DNA of 64,000 nt, taken from the NCBI GenBank assembly GCA_964016885.1, contig OZ024741.1, forward strand, positions 16,864,001-16,928,000, read 5' to 3'. The notes under the pieces are model-generated. The model did not search any database. It worked only from the letters and a program-made list of their open reading frames with translations, and had not been told where the DNA came from. Positions 15,144 through 27,972 of this stretch are shown piece by piece. The first letter of the stretch is position 1, and every line of letters starts with the position of its first letter. A program made the translations under genes and the position numbers. The stretch is from Eledone cirrhosa. Lineage: Eukaryota.

Positions 15144-16262
15144 GCACATACAAATGTTGCACGTGTTTTAGAAAGCAATTATTTATCTATACACGTTGGT
15201 CATGCAAACACACACACATAAGCATACAATGACAAAGGGATGTATACCTATATTTGAATACAGATACACCCCCCACTCACAAACACAACAGTGCAATTAA
15301 AGAACGTTAGAGAGATGAAGGCATTTCACCGGATTCCTAAACTCCCAAAATTACCCCAGATAGAATATATCTTACATTCTTCCATGTTTTGCTCCTTTAT
15401 TCATTAAGAAAAATAACGACATTAAATAGCGGCAGGTTATGTTGGTATATCGGAGTTAAGAGCGGTCTCTTTTTTTATGATGTTATCTTTGATAAAATAA
15501 AAACATCTTTTAAGAAGACTGCAACTAAATAAAAGGACTCAATGGTTCAATTAGTAGAATGTTTATGAATTTATTATGAATTTATTATGTAGTATTTACC
15601 TCTTATAATTATAATAATTAGTCAGCTTATAGTAATAATCTCAAGAATTTTGTGATTAAAGTTTAAATCTCTTATTAAAAAAAATTGATTTTAGAAAATA
15701 AAAAATTTGTTTCGCTTCATCAGTACACAACTTGCAGACTTTTCTACGTTCTCTATATGGTTGCGAATGTTATTTACAATTTTCCACTATAAATCATACT
15801 GCGTGATTTACTTTCTAAATAAAGACAGATAATGGAGTTGACTTTTTCCCAATTTGGCGTGCCGAAAAGAGTGTTACTAAAATCAAAATTATTGCCGTGC
15901 GATCTATATATAAGTTATATGTGACAGCGATTTCGAAATTGCATTTATATATTATGGTTAAACAATTGGAATCTAAGGCACGTTCCACGTTCATTTAATT
16001 ACAGTTAGGTGTATTTTGAATATTTCTAGGGTTGAATTCAGGTGTGTTAAAAGTAGATGTATTTTGAGCTAACTTGAGTACGCAAGGTAAATATGACACA
16101 CACACACCAATACATAATACATACATTCATGAATACATATATATATATATATATATATATATGGTGTTGAAAAGATCGCATAATGACTGTGAACTGGAGT
16201 CACTGAAATATGTATTATCCTATAAATGCAATTATGTAACGTCTGTCTTAACGTTAATATGG

Positions 16263-16305
<43 letters not shown>

Positions 16306-16706
16306 TATATATATATATATAAATACACATATAAATTAGTGTCTATATGTATGTATGTATGTAAATATGACACTCACACACATGCTCAGGCACACACATG
16401 TTCACGCACGCCCTCATATGTACATGCACACAAAATTCGATATATACGTATACACACATTTATACGTACACACATACATACAAATATATAAACCTACATC
16501 TACAGATACACTCAGATGCAGTAGCCAGAAACATAATATATAACAATACAAAGTTTACTGTAGAGAGGATAATCAGACAGCACGTGACTGGTTAGTAGTT
16601 GATCGTTCCAGGAATTATGAATGGAAATGTCAATCTCAGAAACATTTCAACTCAGAACATTGTAATTCAATAATAATAATAATGATAATGATGTGATGAT
16701 GATGAA

Positions 16707-16773
<67 letters not shown>

Positions 16774-16934
16774 GTAAAATAAATATATAAAACCCACAAC
16801 CAGTATAATTTTCAAGAAATATATATATTGTATACACACACACACACACGCACATATATATACACACACGCACACGCACACGCACACATATATATATATA
16901 CACACATATATATGTATACGTATGTATATGTATG

Positions 16935-17007
<73 letters not shown>

Positions 17008-17154
17008 TGTTTTACCAATATCTATATAGTGATCACTACTGATTTATCAACATACAATAGCTACATCGTCTGATCAAATAACAAACATTAGATAGTTTAC
17101 AACACACATACACACACACGCACACATTAATGTATGTACATATATACGTATGTA

Positions 17155-17241
<87 letters not shown>

Positions 17242-17739
17242 GTATAGTATATTTGCCAATATACCGTATGTTTGTTTAAAAACATTTAGAAGACCATACG
17301 CTATCAGTTTTAAAGTAGTGACTATGTCACTTACTTCTTTTCGGCGAAAGAAGGGAGAGAAACTGACAGTCTGTTTCGCGTTGGTTGGCGTTCATTAGAG
17401 CCACGCACTCCAGGGGTGTGCGTGGCTCTGAACATCGTTATTTCAGAGCACCAATCCTAATATATATAAATATATATATATATATATCACACACACCAAC
17501 ATCATGTGTATCTGTTATAATAAGGCACCAAATCTAGATCATCTATATGATAATAGTGGAAACAACAAAAATATCAACCGCAACAATCATATAAATATTT
17601 TCCCTTTACATAACAATGGTTGATTGAAACCAGACCCACTGATATGACTGGTACTTATTGTCTCATCATTTCCACTGACCTCGTCAGTTTGTCAGCAGTT
17701 AAATGTTACTGGAGTGGTGTGTGTGTATGTTTGTATGTA

Positions 17740-17841
<102 letters not shown>

Positions 17842-17863
17842 CATACACGCACATTAATGTATA

Positions 17864-17940
<77 letters not shown>

Positions 17941-18582
17941 ATATCCATATTAACGTTACATATTTGTAGTTATAGCATAATACATAGTTCAGTGACCCCA
18001 GTTTACAGTCGTTATGCGATCTTTTCAACATCCAAGCGGTACCTGTAGGGCATGATCAGATATTAACACAGTTACGTGAACAAGTCGATATACCATTTTT
18101 GTAAACATGGAAGCGTTTACGTGTGGAATATCGACTTTTTCACATGATTGTGTTAACACCTGATGATGTCATTGGGGTGGCAGATGCTGTTGTAATGATT
18201 CCATAATCGTTATACACAGGAATCACTGGAATACGTATTATGCAATAAATACGATTATATAACATCTGAATTAGCGTTAATTCATATACAGCAACTCTGT
18301 AGCATTTGATCGCCATCCTAATGCTGGATATATACGACAGATGTGGATAATAACCCTTTGACGTGTTTTTATCAGAGGATTATGTTAAAGGGTTTTTACG
18401 TAATAACTTTGATGTCTTTAAAACGCGCATAACAGGGTTATACAACAAATAGAGGATGTATACATAAAACCACTCCTCTTATTTATAATATTTACACTCC
18501 GTCTAGAGAATAAATTAAGGGATCCACGTTGGGGAGTGCTTACGTCTGTTTGCACTATAGTTTATTTGATCAACCAATGTTC

Positions 18583-18671
<89 letters not shown>

Positions 18672-18879
18672 TATATATACATACATACATATACATACAC
18701 ACACACACACACACACACACACGCAGACACATATATATATATTGATACACACATACATTCATACACATACCTATATCAATAGCAACAATCATTCATAACA
18801 TTACTATTACTACGCATGTATTTATGGCTTTGTGCCTATATTAGAAACAATTACTATAATAGTAATAATAATTACAATA

Positions 18880-19323
18880 GTTTCTAACTTAGATATAAAG
18901 TCTGCAATTGGGGTGGATGGGTTTAGTCGATGATATTGTCACCAGAAGTTGACTGGTAGTTTATTTTATCGAATCTAGAGTGACGAAAGGCAAAACTGAC
19001 CAAGGTTGTTTGGAACTCAGAAACGTAAAGAGTTTGGAGAAATACAGATAACTTCTATGTACTATGTACTAACGATTCTGTCCTCCACCGTACTAAAAAG
19101 GTGGTTTGTACTTTAGCTAGAATACCAATAGTTAAGGAGCGGGGAGGGGGAAGTCAATTATATCGACACCACTACTTCGTTGGCTCTTGATTTTATCGAC
19201 CCCAGAAGGATGAAAGGCTAAGTTTGATTTAGGCGGGATTTGAAATCAAGCATAATCCAAACTGAAACAAATACCGCAAAACATTTTCCTGGAGATCTAA
19301 TGATTTTCTTAACACCCCCTCCC

Positions 19324-19355
<32 letters not shown>

Positions 19356-19565
19356 TTAATAATAATAATAATAATAATTGTTTCTACTTTTGGCACAAGG
19401 CCAGCAATTACCAAGTACATTACTGGAACTTTATTTTATCGACCCTGTAAGGATGAAAAGTAAAGTTAACCTCGACGGGATTTGAACTCAGACCATAAAG
19501 GGCCGTAACTCTTTGATGCAAAGCATGGCGTCCGACCCTCTATCGATACTGCCATTCCACTGCCC

Positions 19566-19566
<1 letters not shown>
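18880..19566 (-). mobile_element. Three tandem SINE copies (young copy 19378-19566)
   Basis: Three ttttatcga cores in the same orientation; the young copy has (TAA)n on both sides. Confidence 0.8.
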
Positions 19567-19608
<42 letters not shown>

Positions 19609-19800
19609 TCTATTAAAAATATCTCTATTAACAGTGAATTCGTTGAGAAGTTTTGTTTTGATTTGTTTTTATAAAAGGTTCTCGAATTAGAAAATAAAAT
19701 AAAAATATGTTTCTGCATGAAAAAAAAAAAAAAAAAAATCAAATATAATAATAGGATCATTTATCAAATTGCATCTTTCATTATTTCATCGCTTTGCTTT

Positions 19801-19810
19801 TTTATTTATT
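19801..19810 (-). promoter_or_regulatory. Candidate polyadenylation signal of the PLPP gene
   Basis: Overlapping AATAAATAAA on the minus strand ~85 nt downstream of the stop codon. Confidence 0.4.
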
Positions 19811-19892
19811 TGTGTGTTTTACTTCCTTTAGATATACTGGAAAACATTTTTAGCGAATTTTTTAAATGATCAAATTAGTGTAGAGCAAACAA

Positions 19893-20039
19893 CTAGCGGT
19901 GGTTGTCAAGGGTAACCGCTGTCTCACATCCGGAACTGGAGGATGCTTGTGATATACTCCGTGCATCAGGGATTTTGTAAGAAGTCAGTTCATAGTTTTC
20001 TCGGTTTTCCACAGGGAAGAAGTCGGATAATTTGTACAC
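19893..20039 (-). CDS. PLPP: Phospholipid phosphatase (PAP2/LPP/wunen-like), last coding exon
   Basis: Acceptor tatttctccaccag; 147 bp, phase 0; translates VYKLSDFFPVENRENYELTSYKIPDARSISQASSSSGCETAVTLDNHR*. The 'SDFF' follows TM6 as in LPPs. Confidence 0.85.
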   Translation of the reverse strand: MYKLSDFFPVENRENYELTSYKIPDARSISQASSSSGCETAVTLDNHR

Positions 20040-20074
20040 CTGGTGGAGAAATACAGAAACATCAAGTTTAAAGA

Positions 20075-20122
<48 letters not shown>

Positions 20123-20191
20123 AAAAGAGTCAAGTCGTTTCGACACCATGGTTTTCCTGATTGGAGAGACACAATCACAATTAGGAAACTA

Positions 20192-20547
20192 CTAGCTGGC
20201 CCGTCCGGCTGGCGCTATGACATCATAGCTATGTATCTAATGCAGACAGCCAGACATACAGAGACATATTATAAGGGCGCGACGTCATAGCTATGTATCT
20301 ATCTAAAAAGGCAGACTAAGAAAGAGTGAGGAATGTCGTATAACCGGAAGTATTGACATTTGAAATTTTAAAGAAGTGAATATTTAAATAATGTCTTTAA
20401 TCTTTTAACAAAATTCAGTAGACAAAAATACCCTCACTTTTTTACTTGGAAAAAGTTACATCTATGGTGCAAATTTGGGGCTGTTTGGTCCAGCCGTTTG
20501 GCGAAAAGTTTGTTACATACATACGGCCGTCAGCTTTATATTATAGA
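20192..20547 (-). mobile_element. Non-autonomous Helitron-like element in a PLPP intron
   Basis: The minus strand begins a|TCtataatataaag and ends gccagccggacgggccagCTAG|t, giving TC...CTAG termini at an AT target. Confidence 0.65.
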
Positions 20548-21331
20548 TGTACGTTTCCGAGTTGTGATGAGGTGTAACTACAGTTAAAAAGGTACTCTAT
20601 AAATTGGTAGAGTATAGAGATCATTTATAAATATACAAATGACTTCTACAGAACTATAATTGTTTCATTCGTATGAAATCATCAGAAATGTCTTGACGAT
20701 TTCGTACGAATGAAACAGTTCTAGTCCTGTAGAAGCCATATATATATATATATATATAATGATTGGAGTGGAGGACTGCGAGACTGTGTCATGGATACTT
20801 TTTTTAAACACGTTATCAAAATAACGTGTTGAATAAATCATGAATGAATGTCATGTAATGTATCTACTAAATTTCGTCGCAGTTGATTAAACATAAATAT
20901 TATCATATATAAGTAATGTATAGCTTATTTTAAGATTCACTTCTTTAAAATGTTCCAATGTCTACACTTCCGGTTAGCGACTGTATGCTATATCACATCG
21001 CTGATATAAAAGTTCATATATTTACATAGTTATATAACGTTTATATTTCCGTCGCTAATTTTTTCCTTTTTCGTTTTCATAAAATTTCAACATAATGCAG
21101 TTTATATATAATATCGTCTTTAAATGTATCCTGGCTTACTTTACTGATTACAGAAGAGAGTGTAACACAGTCTCTCTTCAATTTTTGTGCATATTCTCAA
21201 TTACGATTTTATTTTATATATCATATCTACATGTATATATTTTTGCGTATAATATCAATATACACTACACGGTCTAGCAGAAAACCAGCCGAGGGTTGTT
21301 TTGCTTTTAGTATATATAAATATATATATAC

Positions 21332-21401
<70 letters not shown>

Positions 21402-21454
21402 TTGCGCGCGCGCGCGTAATTTAACAGAGTCTTCAATAACAAGTAGAAACTTAC

Positions 21455-21631
21455 CACAATTAAACAGACAGCCATACCGAGAGATCCCCCAGCTAAGACG
21501 TCGCTCCAGTGATGTTTATAATCAGATATTCGGGTGAAACATGTGTAAACACCCAGGGATATGGCGATAAGCTCAAGAAGAACCTTTATCATTGGCCCAA
21601 GTCGTGCAGGTAACGTCACATGGATGTAAAT
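21455..21631 (-). CDS. PLPP: Phospholipid phosphatase exon with catalytic motif C3
   Basis: Boundaries ttccag| ... |gtaagt; 177 bp; translates IYIHVTLPARLGPMIKVLLELIAISLGVYTCFTRISDYKHHWSDVLAGGSLGMAVCLIV, containing (S/T)RxxxxxHxxxD. Confidence 0.95.
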
Positions 21632-21769
21632 CTGGAATATATATATAAATATATATTAGAATATACGTTCAAAATACCGTGGCAATTAAAGCATTCACAC
21701 ATCAACTGAATGAAAAAATTAATACAGGTGGGTAGAGAGTAGAAATGTATTTTCTAAATAGAAAAGTTG

Positions 21770-22285
21770 GATTGAACGCTACATTATCTGCATTATGGGG
21801 AAAATATTCCAGCAGCATTGCCCAAATGATGTTGGCATCATCTTTAAAGTACACCTAAAGCTTGGGCTCCGTGTTCTCCGCCCACAACAAATATCAAACT
21901 CGCATCTCATAACATTACGGCACAATTATTTCACGCCAACTCTTCCCGCACTCTTTAACATTACACCAAAACACATTAAAACAGAAACATATCTTGTAAA
22001 GTTCAAGAAGTCTTTGGACAAATTCCTTCAAGAAATCCCGGATAAACTTCTTACACCTGGATATGTCTCCGTAAACAATAACTCTCTACGGGTGTAGGCC
22101 ATGGTGTCTAAATCCTGATTTGAAAGACTTTGCCAGGTGGTGCTATTAAGTTAGACATGGCCTGGGCCAATACTGGCCAAAACCTATCAAAGTTATCAAA
22201 GTTATGTCTCTGTAAACAATAACTCTCTCGCCAGGAGGTGCTATTAAGTTAGATATGGTTGAAATCTATCAGATTTACCAAAGTT
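21770..22285 (+). mobile_element. CR1/L2-group LINE 3' fragment
   Basis: Translates ...PALFNITPKHIK...FKKSLDKFLQEIPD...PGY...NSL, typical of a CR1-group ORF2 C-terminus. It has a repeated aagttatca tail and a duplicated 3' end. Confidence 0.65.
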
Positions 22286-22573
22286 ATATATATAAATTTG
22301 ATAGATGTATGTCCAAAAGCTTATAACATATAGTGGGTAAACTAAGATGGTTTAACCCGCTATTCAGTAGGGATGTAGAAATTATGCAACTGTATCTGAA
22401 GAATGTGAATGTGCTGACATGAGGCAGTGTGCACACCTGTTTGTGTGCGTGTGTGTATGCGTGTGCTTGCGAGGGGGGGGGGGGTTACCGTGTCCCATGA
22501 TAGTAATTAATCATGGCTATTTTATAAATACAAACGCACACATTCAGATACTCCCTCACGTACGTATATATAA

Positions 22574-22762
22574 TTGTTTCTACTTTTGGCACAAGGCCAG
22601 CAATTATCTCAGTGCATTACTGGTACTTTATTTTATCGACCCCGTAAGGATGAAAGGCAAAGTTAATCTCAGCGGGATTTGAACTCAGAATGGCAAGGGC
22701 CGTAACGCTATGCTGGAAAGCATGGTGTCTGACATTCTACCGATTCTGCCAATCCACCCTAA
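22574..22762 (-). mobile_element. tRNA-derived SINE
   Basis: Full-length match to the 8974-9160 copy. Confidence 0.85.
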
Positions 22763-22971
22763 TGATGGGTAGATACAAGTACTGATATTTAGAACTACTC
22801 TCTTACACATACACACTCACACGCACACGAACACACACATCCACGCTCTCTCACACACACTCTCATACTCACACATTGTTTAGACGCAAGCATAACAACA
22901 TTTCTTACATTTATGATGAAATTTCTTTAGTTAATTATAACTAACCATTCCGTTACCTATGATCATTATTA

Positions 22972-23050
22972 TTACGGGGTCGATAAAATAAAGTACCAGT
23001 AATGGACTGGGTAATTGCTGGCCTTGTGCCTAAAGTAGAAACAATTATTA
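22972..23050 (+). mobile_element. 5'-truncated SINE, opposite orientation
   Basis: ggggtcgataaaataaagtaccag...ggccttgtgcctaaagtagaaacaattatta. Confidence 0.8.
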
Positions 23051-23612
23051 TAAAAGAAGAGCTGTTTCTCCGTCTGTCTGTCTTTCACACTTATTTGTAA
23101 AAAGGACTGTAGAAGGAGTGAAAAGGGGAGGAAACCCCCTTTTTAAGTTGAGAGGGGATAAGGGAGATAATTTATATTATGCTTGTAGTTTATAGCAAGT
23201 TTAAGAATCTACAAGGTAATAATGGTAGAGATCTGTGGTAAGGGGTGGTATTGAGGAACCAGTGGGGATGAGGCACCTTCTTTTAGTTTCTAATAAAAAA
23301 CAGATGGTGGAAGGTTTTTTGATTAATTGAAACCCTTTAACACAAAGAATTTTTTTGTTTACTAAAAACGGAGTCGGTTCCAGCCGTTTAATATCAAAAC
23401 GGTTAATAGATGCGTAACAAAGGAGTGAATGCGGAAGGTGGTATATGTAAGAAGGCTTAAAAGGAAAAGATTATCAGGTAACTGACTCTTTCATTGCCTT
23501 CATCTTTCCGTCCATTGTTTTATTCTTCTTACATATAACACTTTCCACATTATATATTATATACAATGCTTCAAGCAAACTACAACATTTTATTAAAGGA
23601 GTGAATATTTAC

Positions 23613-23670
23613 CGCCAAGAAAAGCATAGAAAACATTCCATATGACGAATGTCCTGATGCAAAAGATAAT
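23613..23670 (-). CDS. PLPP: Phospholipid phosphatase exon with catalytic motif C2
   Basis: Boundaries tctattccag| ... |gtaaat; 58 bp; translates (R)LSFASGHSSYGMFSMLFLA with the SGH motif. Phases fit both neighbouring exons. Absent from the ORF track. Confidence 0.95.
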
Positions 23671-23756
23671 CTGGAATAGAAAATAAAAGACGTGAGAAAG
23701 ATGTTAGGAATTTAAGATTACGAGGGGTGGGGAAAAAAGTATATATATATATATAG

Positions 23757-23835
<79 letters not shown>

Positions 23836-24003
23836 ATTAGAAAATGTGTGAGGTCCTTGGTACAGTTAGGTATATTTGAAAAAAAGGAAAAAATGACTTC
23901 ACTTGTAGTTCTAAATAATTTGATTTAATTTTATAATATTATAAATATAAAATTAAATCAAATTATTTAGAACTACAAGTGAAGTCATTCTTTTCCTTTT
24001 TTT

Positions 24004-24038
<35 letters not shown>

Positions 24039-24642
24039 TATAAAATATTTACATTAGTAACTGAAATACTGTACAGATCGAAGACTGAAACAATGTGGAT
24101 GTTATCAGAAACACATACAAACCTTGTAGACAACACAATTGATGAGTCGTATGAATTTCGTATGGTATGTTCTCAACCATTTATAGCAAAACAGTGTTCC
24201 ACACATACGCACTAATTTATATAATCATAGAAAATGTAAGAAACTCAGACACAGAAATTAACTGTGAATACAGTCAGTTTCTATAAATAATACTTAAGAA
24301 AATGAAGTCAAATACTCCTACGATAAATCGTATATATATATATATATATATATATATCGTATGGTTGCTAGGATACGTCCATAGGTGGTATGCCGGTTGA
24401 GCACTCTATGCTCCTTCGGAGCAGAGTATGATAAAATGGAAAACGAAGAATCAGTGATGCATCGGAACACAATTTATTACGTATTACAATTGTTTCTCCG
24501 GTGAACAGCTTGAGGTGCGATCTATTTGTGGATCGAACCTGACTTTGGATTCGCAAGTTCCTCAGATACGTCTAGTGATTTCGAAGCAAATTCTCTTTCT
24601 GCCGGGCTCCGACCCTTCGAATCTATATCATCTGCCTTCATC

Positions 24643-24718
<76 letters not shown>

Positions 24719-24753
24719 CGATATTAATAAATGGAAACTATATTTATAAAACC

Positions 24754-24830
24754 ATATTTATTTCATTATACATATTTCAGGGATACCAAATTAAAATATG
24801 GTATGCCTTCATCAGACAAAATACAATATA
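24754..24830 (-). ncRNA. Type I hammerhead ribozyme motif in the Penelope pseudo-LTR (sense to the PLE and PLPP)
   Basis: CUGAUGA, stem II agg.auacca/ugguau.ccu, GAAA, short stem III AUA/UAU with an AUA cleavage triplet, and stem I uauu(g)uauuuugu/augaaauaaaua. Confidence 0.7.
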
Positions 24831-27486
24831 TAAACAGTTTTATAAATAATTTTGACGTACCCTATTAAATGCAACCATTATTTTTGGAAGCTGTCTGGAT
24901 AGTGAAATGTTTATATCATTTCATTAGTTATAGTGTTAAGCACAATTAGAAAAAGACGGAGAGAAAGAAAGAAAAAACGGAGAGAGAGAAAGAAGGAGAG
25001 AGAGAAAAAGAAAACCTGGAGAAATATCGGAGAGAGAGAGAAATGTATGTAGAAAAGAAAGAGATAAATAGATAGGAGGAAATAAAAAGAAAGAAAAAGG
25101 AAGAAATAAGAAAAACAAAGGAAAGCAACAGAGAGATAATAAGTCATCATACAGATAGAAAAACTCAAGAGAGAGAAAATACTATATAGAGAGAGGGGGA
25201 GATAGTGACAACTTTACGTCATGTCATATTAAGTTGAGTTAACAATTTATATGAAATGAATAATAAAAATATAAATATCAATATTCATGAATGGGACATA
25301 GATATATAATATGAGAAAATAACATTGTTCAATATGACCATATGTTTAGTTTAAAATCTTGAGATCAATATACCAAAATCTGAGTTAAATCCTTCAAAAA
25401 AGTACCCTATTTATAAAAATCAGGATACAAATATGTATATATATATACACACATATGTACGTCCTGAAAATAGAAATTATGTCTACTCAAGCCAATAATA
25501 TAGACACACTTCTTGTGTTATAAAAAGTTCACAGTATATATACATAAACATACGATTAATATTCATGTCCTCATATATACGATTACCGTTCATGTATTTA
25601 ATATTATGCATATCTGCAACATACATCACATATACACACACACATATATACACATATATATGTATAAATAAATAAATAAATATCTGCGTGAGTCTTCCAG
25701 CATCGGTCATGTATATATACATACACATATACAAACACATAAATAGAACCTATAACACTTGTATATGCATGTTAATACACACATATGGCATTTGTATAGA
25801 GATAATCAAATATCAATACATTAATATAGAAATATCAAAGCATTAAATATCTTTAAAATACTATAGAGTATCTCAAGTTAAAATAATATGTTTTATATAT
25901 TTAGTATAGAAATTTATCCTACCTATATCTCAAACAAGATATTGAAAGGGTAGACTTATGAAAGTTATTAGAAGCTATCAGAGTCAAAACAAATAAAAAA
26001 TAAAAATAATCTAAAAGATTTAGAAGACCCAGTTATTCTACGGATAACCTTATATTTAGTATAGAAATTTATCTTACGTATATTTTATTTAATACATTGG
26101 GAGCATATACATTTTAGAGTAGTTTATTATATCCTTGTTTATATTTAGGAAGAAAGTTTAAAAAGAAAAAGGTGAAGGAATCTAATGATTTATCGACAAG
26201 TTTCATATATTAACTAAATTTCCTAATTAATTATACTACATTTTAAATTTATATTTATATTTAAACGTTGAGTTCAATCTATGTCTGCAGCAACTGAATA
26301 AATTGCTCCTTAAATTAAGGGAATTTTTGGACTTTAATATAAAGAATATTTCTTCTATACAAAGATCACAATTTTCTGAAGAGGAATTAAAAGGAGTACC
26401 TTTTGCAATAATATTCCAATTCATCGAATATTTAACATTATCTCGTTTAAGGTGCTAGAGTAGGCTAGATAGCGAAGTTGAGGATTTTTTGTTTGGATCT
26501 GTGAAAGAATTCTTATGATTATTGAAGCGAAGTTTAAATTCTGTCGAGGTGAAACCAACATAGTTGAAAGAATTTAAATTAGTTTTAACATTACAATTGT
26601 ACACTACATTTTTAGCTAAGCAGTTGTTATTTAACGGACAGTTAGATTTATTTCTACAGTTACAGTTAATTAATTGAATATTGTTAGGGTTATTATTGGT
26701 ATTTTGGTTAGGTTTTAAATTCCTATTATTAATTCTATTAATATTTTGTGCTAAATTTTTGGTGGACGAGTAAGTTAATTTTATAGTGTGTCTATTAAAA
26801 ATTGAGTAATATTTATGTGTTCTAGGGAAGCGTTTGTCAAGAGCATTAAAGAATAGTTTAGCAATATGGGTTTTAATATTTAGTGAGAAAGGGGGGGGGG
26901 GGGGGGCAAACCATAATATATTTCTAGTTCTATTTCTTTTTCGGCTTTTGGAATTATTGTAATGTTTTCTATTATAGTTGTTAAAGTTGTTACCGTAATT
27001 GAAATTGTTATTATTTTGGTTAGTTTGCTTATTATTATCGATGTATTTAATTTTATCTCTATATCCTGCTCTAGCTAACGCTTCATTGTAATACTGCGCT
27101 TTTTCATCAAAAATATTTGTTAACTCAACTTAATATGACATGACGTAAAGTTGTCACTATCTCCCCCTCTCTCTATATAGTATTTTCTCTCTCTTGAGTT
27201 TTTCTATCTGTATGATGACTTATTATCTCTCTGTTGCTTTCCTTTGTTTTTCTTATTTCTTCCTTTTTTCTTTCTTTTTATTTCCTCCTATCTATTTATC
27301 TCTTTCTTTTCTACATACATTTCTCTCTGTCTCCGATATTTCTCCATTCTTTCTCTCCGTCTTTTTCTAACTGTGCTTAACACTATAACTAATGAAATGA
27401 TATAAACATTTCACTATCCAGACAGCTTCCAAAAATAATGGTTGCATTTAATAGGGTACGTCAAAATTATTTATAAAACTGTTTAT

Positions 27487-27562
27487 ATATTGTATTTTGT
27501 CTGATGAAGGCATACCATATTTTAATTTGGTATCCCTGAAATATGTATAATGAAATAAATAT
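27487..27562 (+). ncRNA. Type I hammerhead ribozyme motif, inverted pseudo-LTR copy
   Basis: ctgatga at 27501-27507, gaaa at 27538-27541, predicted cleavage after 27549. Reverse complement of the 24754-24830 copy. Confidence 0.7.
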
Positions 27563-27972
27563 GGTTTTATAAATATAGTTTCCATTTATTAATATCGTAT
27601 ATCTACTCCAAAAACTTGTCGAGTGCTTTATATCAGTTATAAAATATTTACTTGTTGTATCCCAACAATTTTAAATAGAACTTTTGCATATATATATTTA
27701 TATATATATAGAACAGTTTATACAAAATCACTGAATGGTAGATCTCAATAAAGTAATCTAAAATGAACACTTCACAAGTAATTTTCCCTGGGGATTTATT
27801 CCCAGTCAAACATCCTAAAGTTAGGAGGCTTCACTAAGTTTCCTTACTGTAGTTTCCCAGATGACGATCAAAAACAGCCATAACAAATGTAAAAAATGCT
27901 CCATATAACTGTATATCCATCTTATCTCTTTCTTTCTCTCCATTTTGTCTTTCTGACTCCAATATATATATA

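Larger units (their letters stand above)
24717..27599 (-). mobile_element. 5'-truncated Penelope-like element with inverted pseudo-LTRs
   Basis: Disrupted minus-strand ORF ~27116-26236: YNEALARAGY, RNILWFxPPFS...IFNRHTIKLTYS, CNCRNKSNCPLNNNC, VVY...YVGFTSTEFKLRFNNH (GIY-YIG), CDLCIEE...LNLRS...CRH. 24717-25245 is repeated in inverted orientation at 27117-27599. Confidence 0.85.

Noticed and set aside
15705-15725. Hammerhead-like ctgatgaagcgaaac on the minus strand
   Set aside because: No room for stem II and no stem I/III or cleavage triplet.
21227-21454. ORF-track extension of the PLPP C3 exon
   Set aside because: Read-through past the gtaagt donor into intron and (TA)n.
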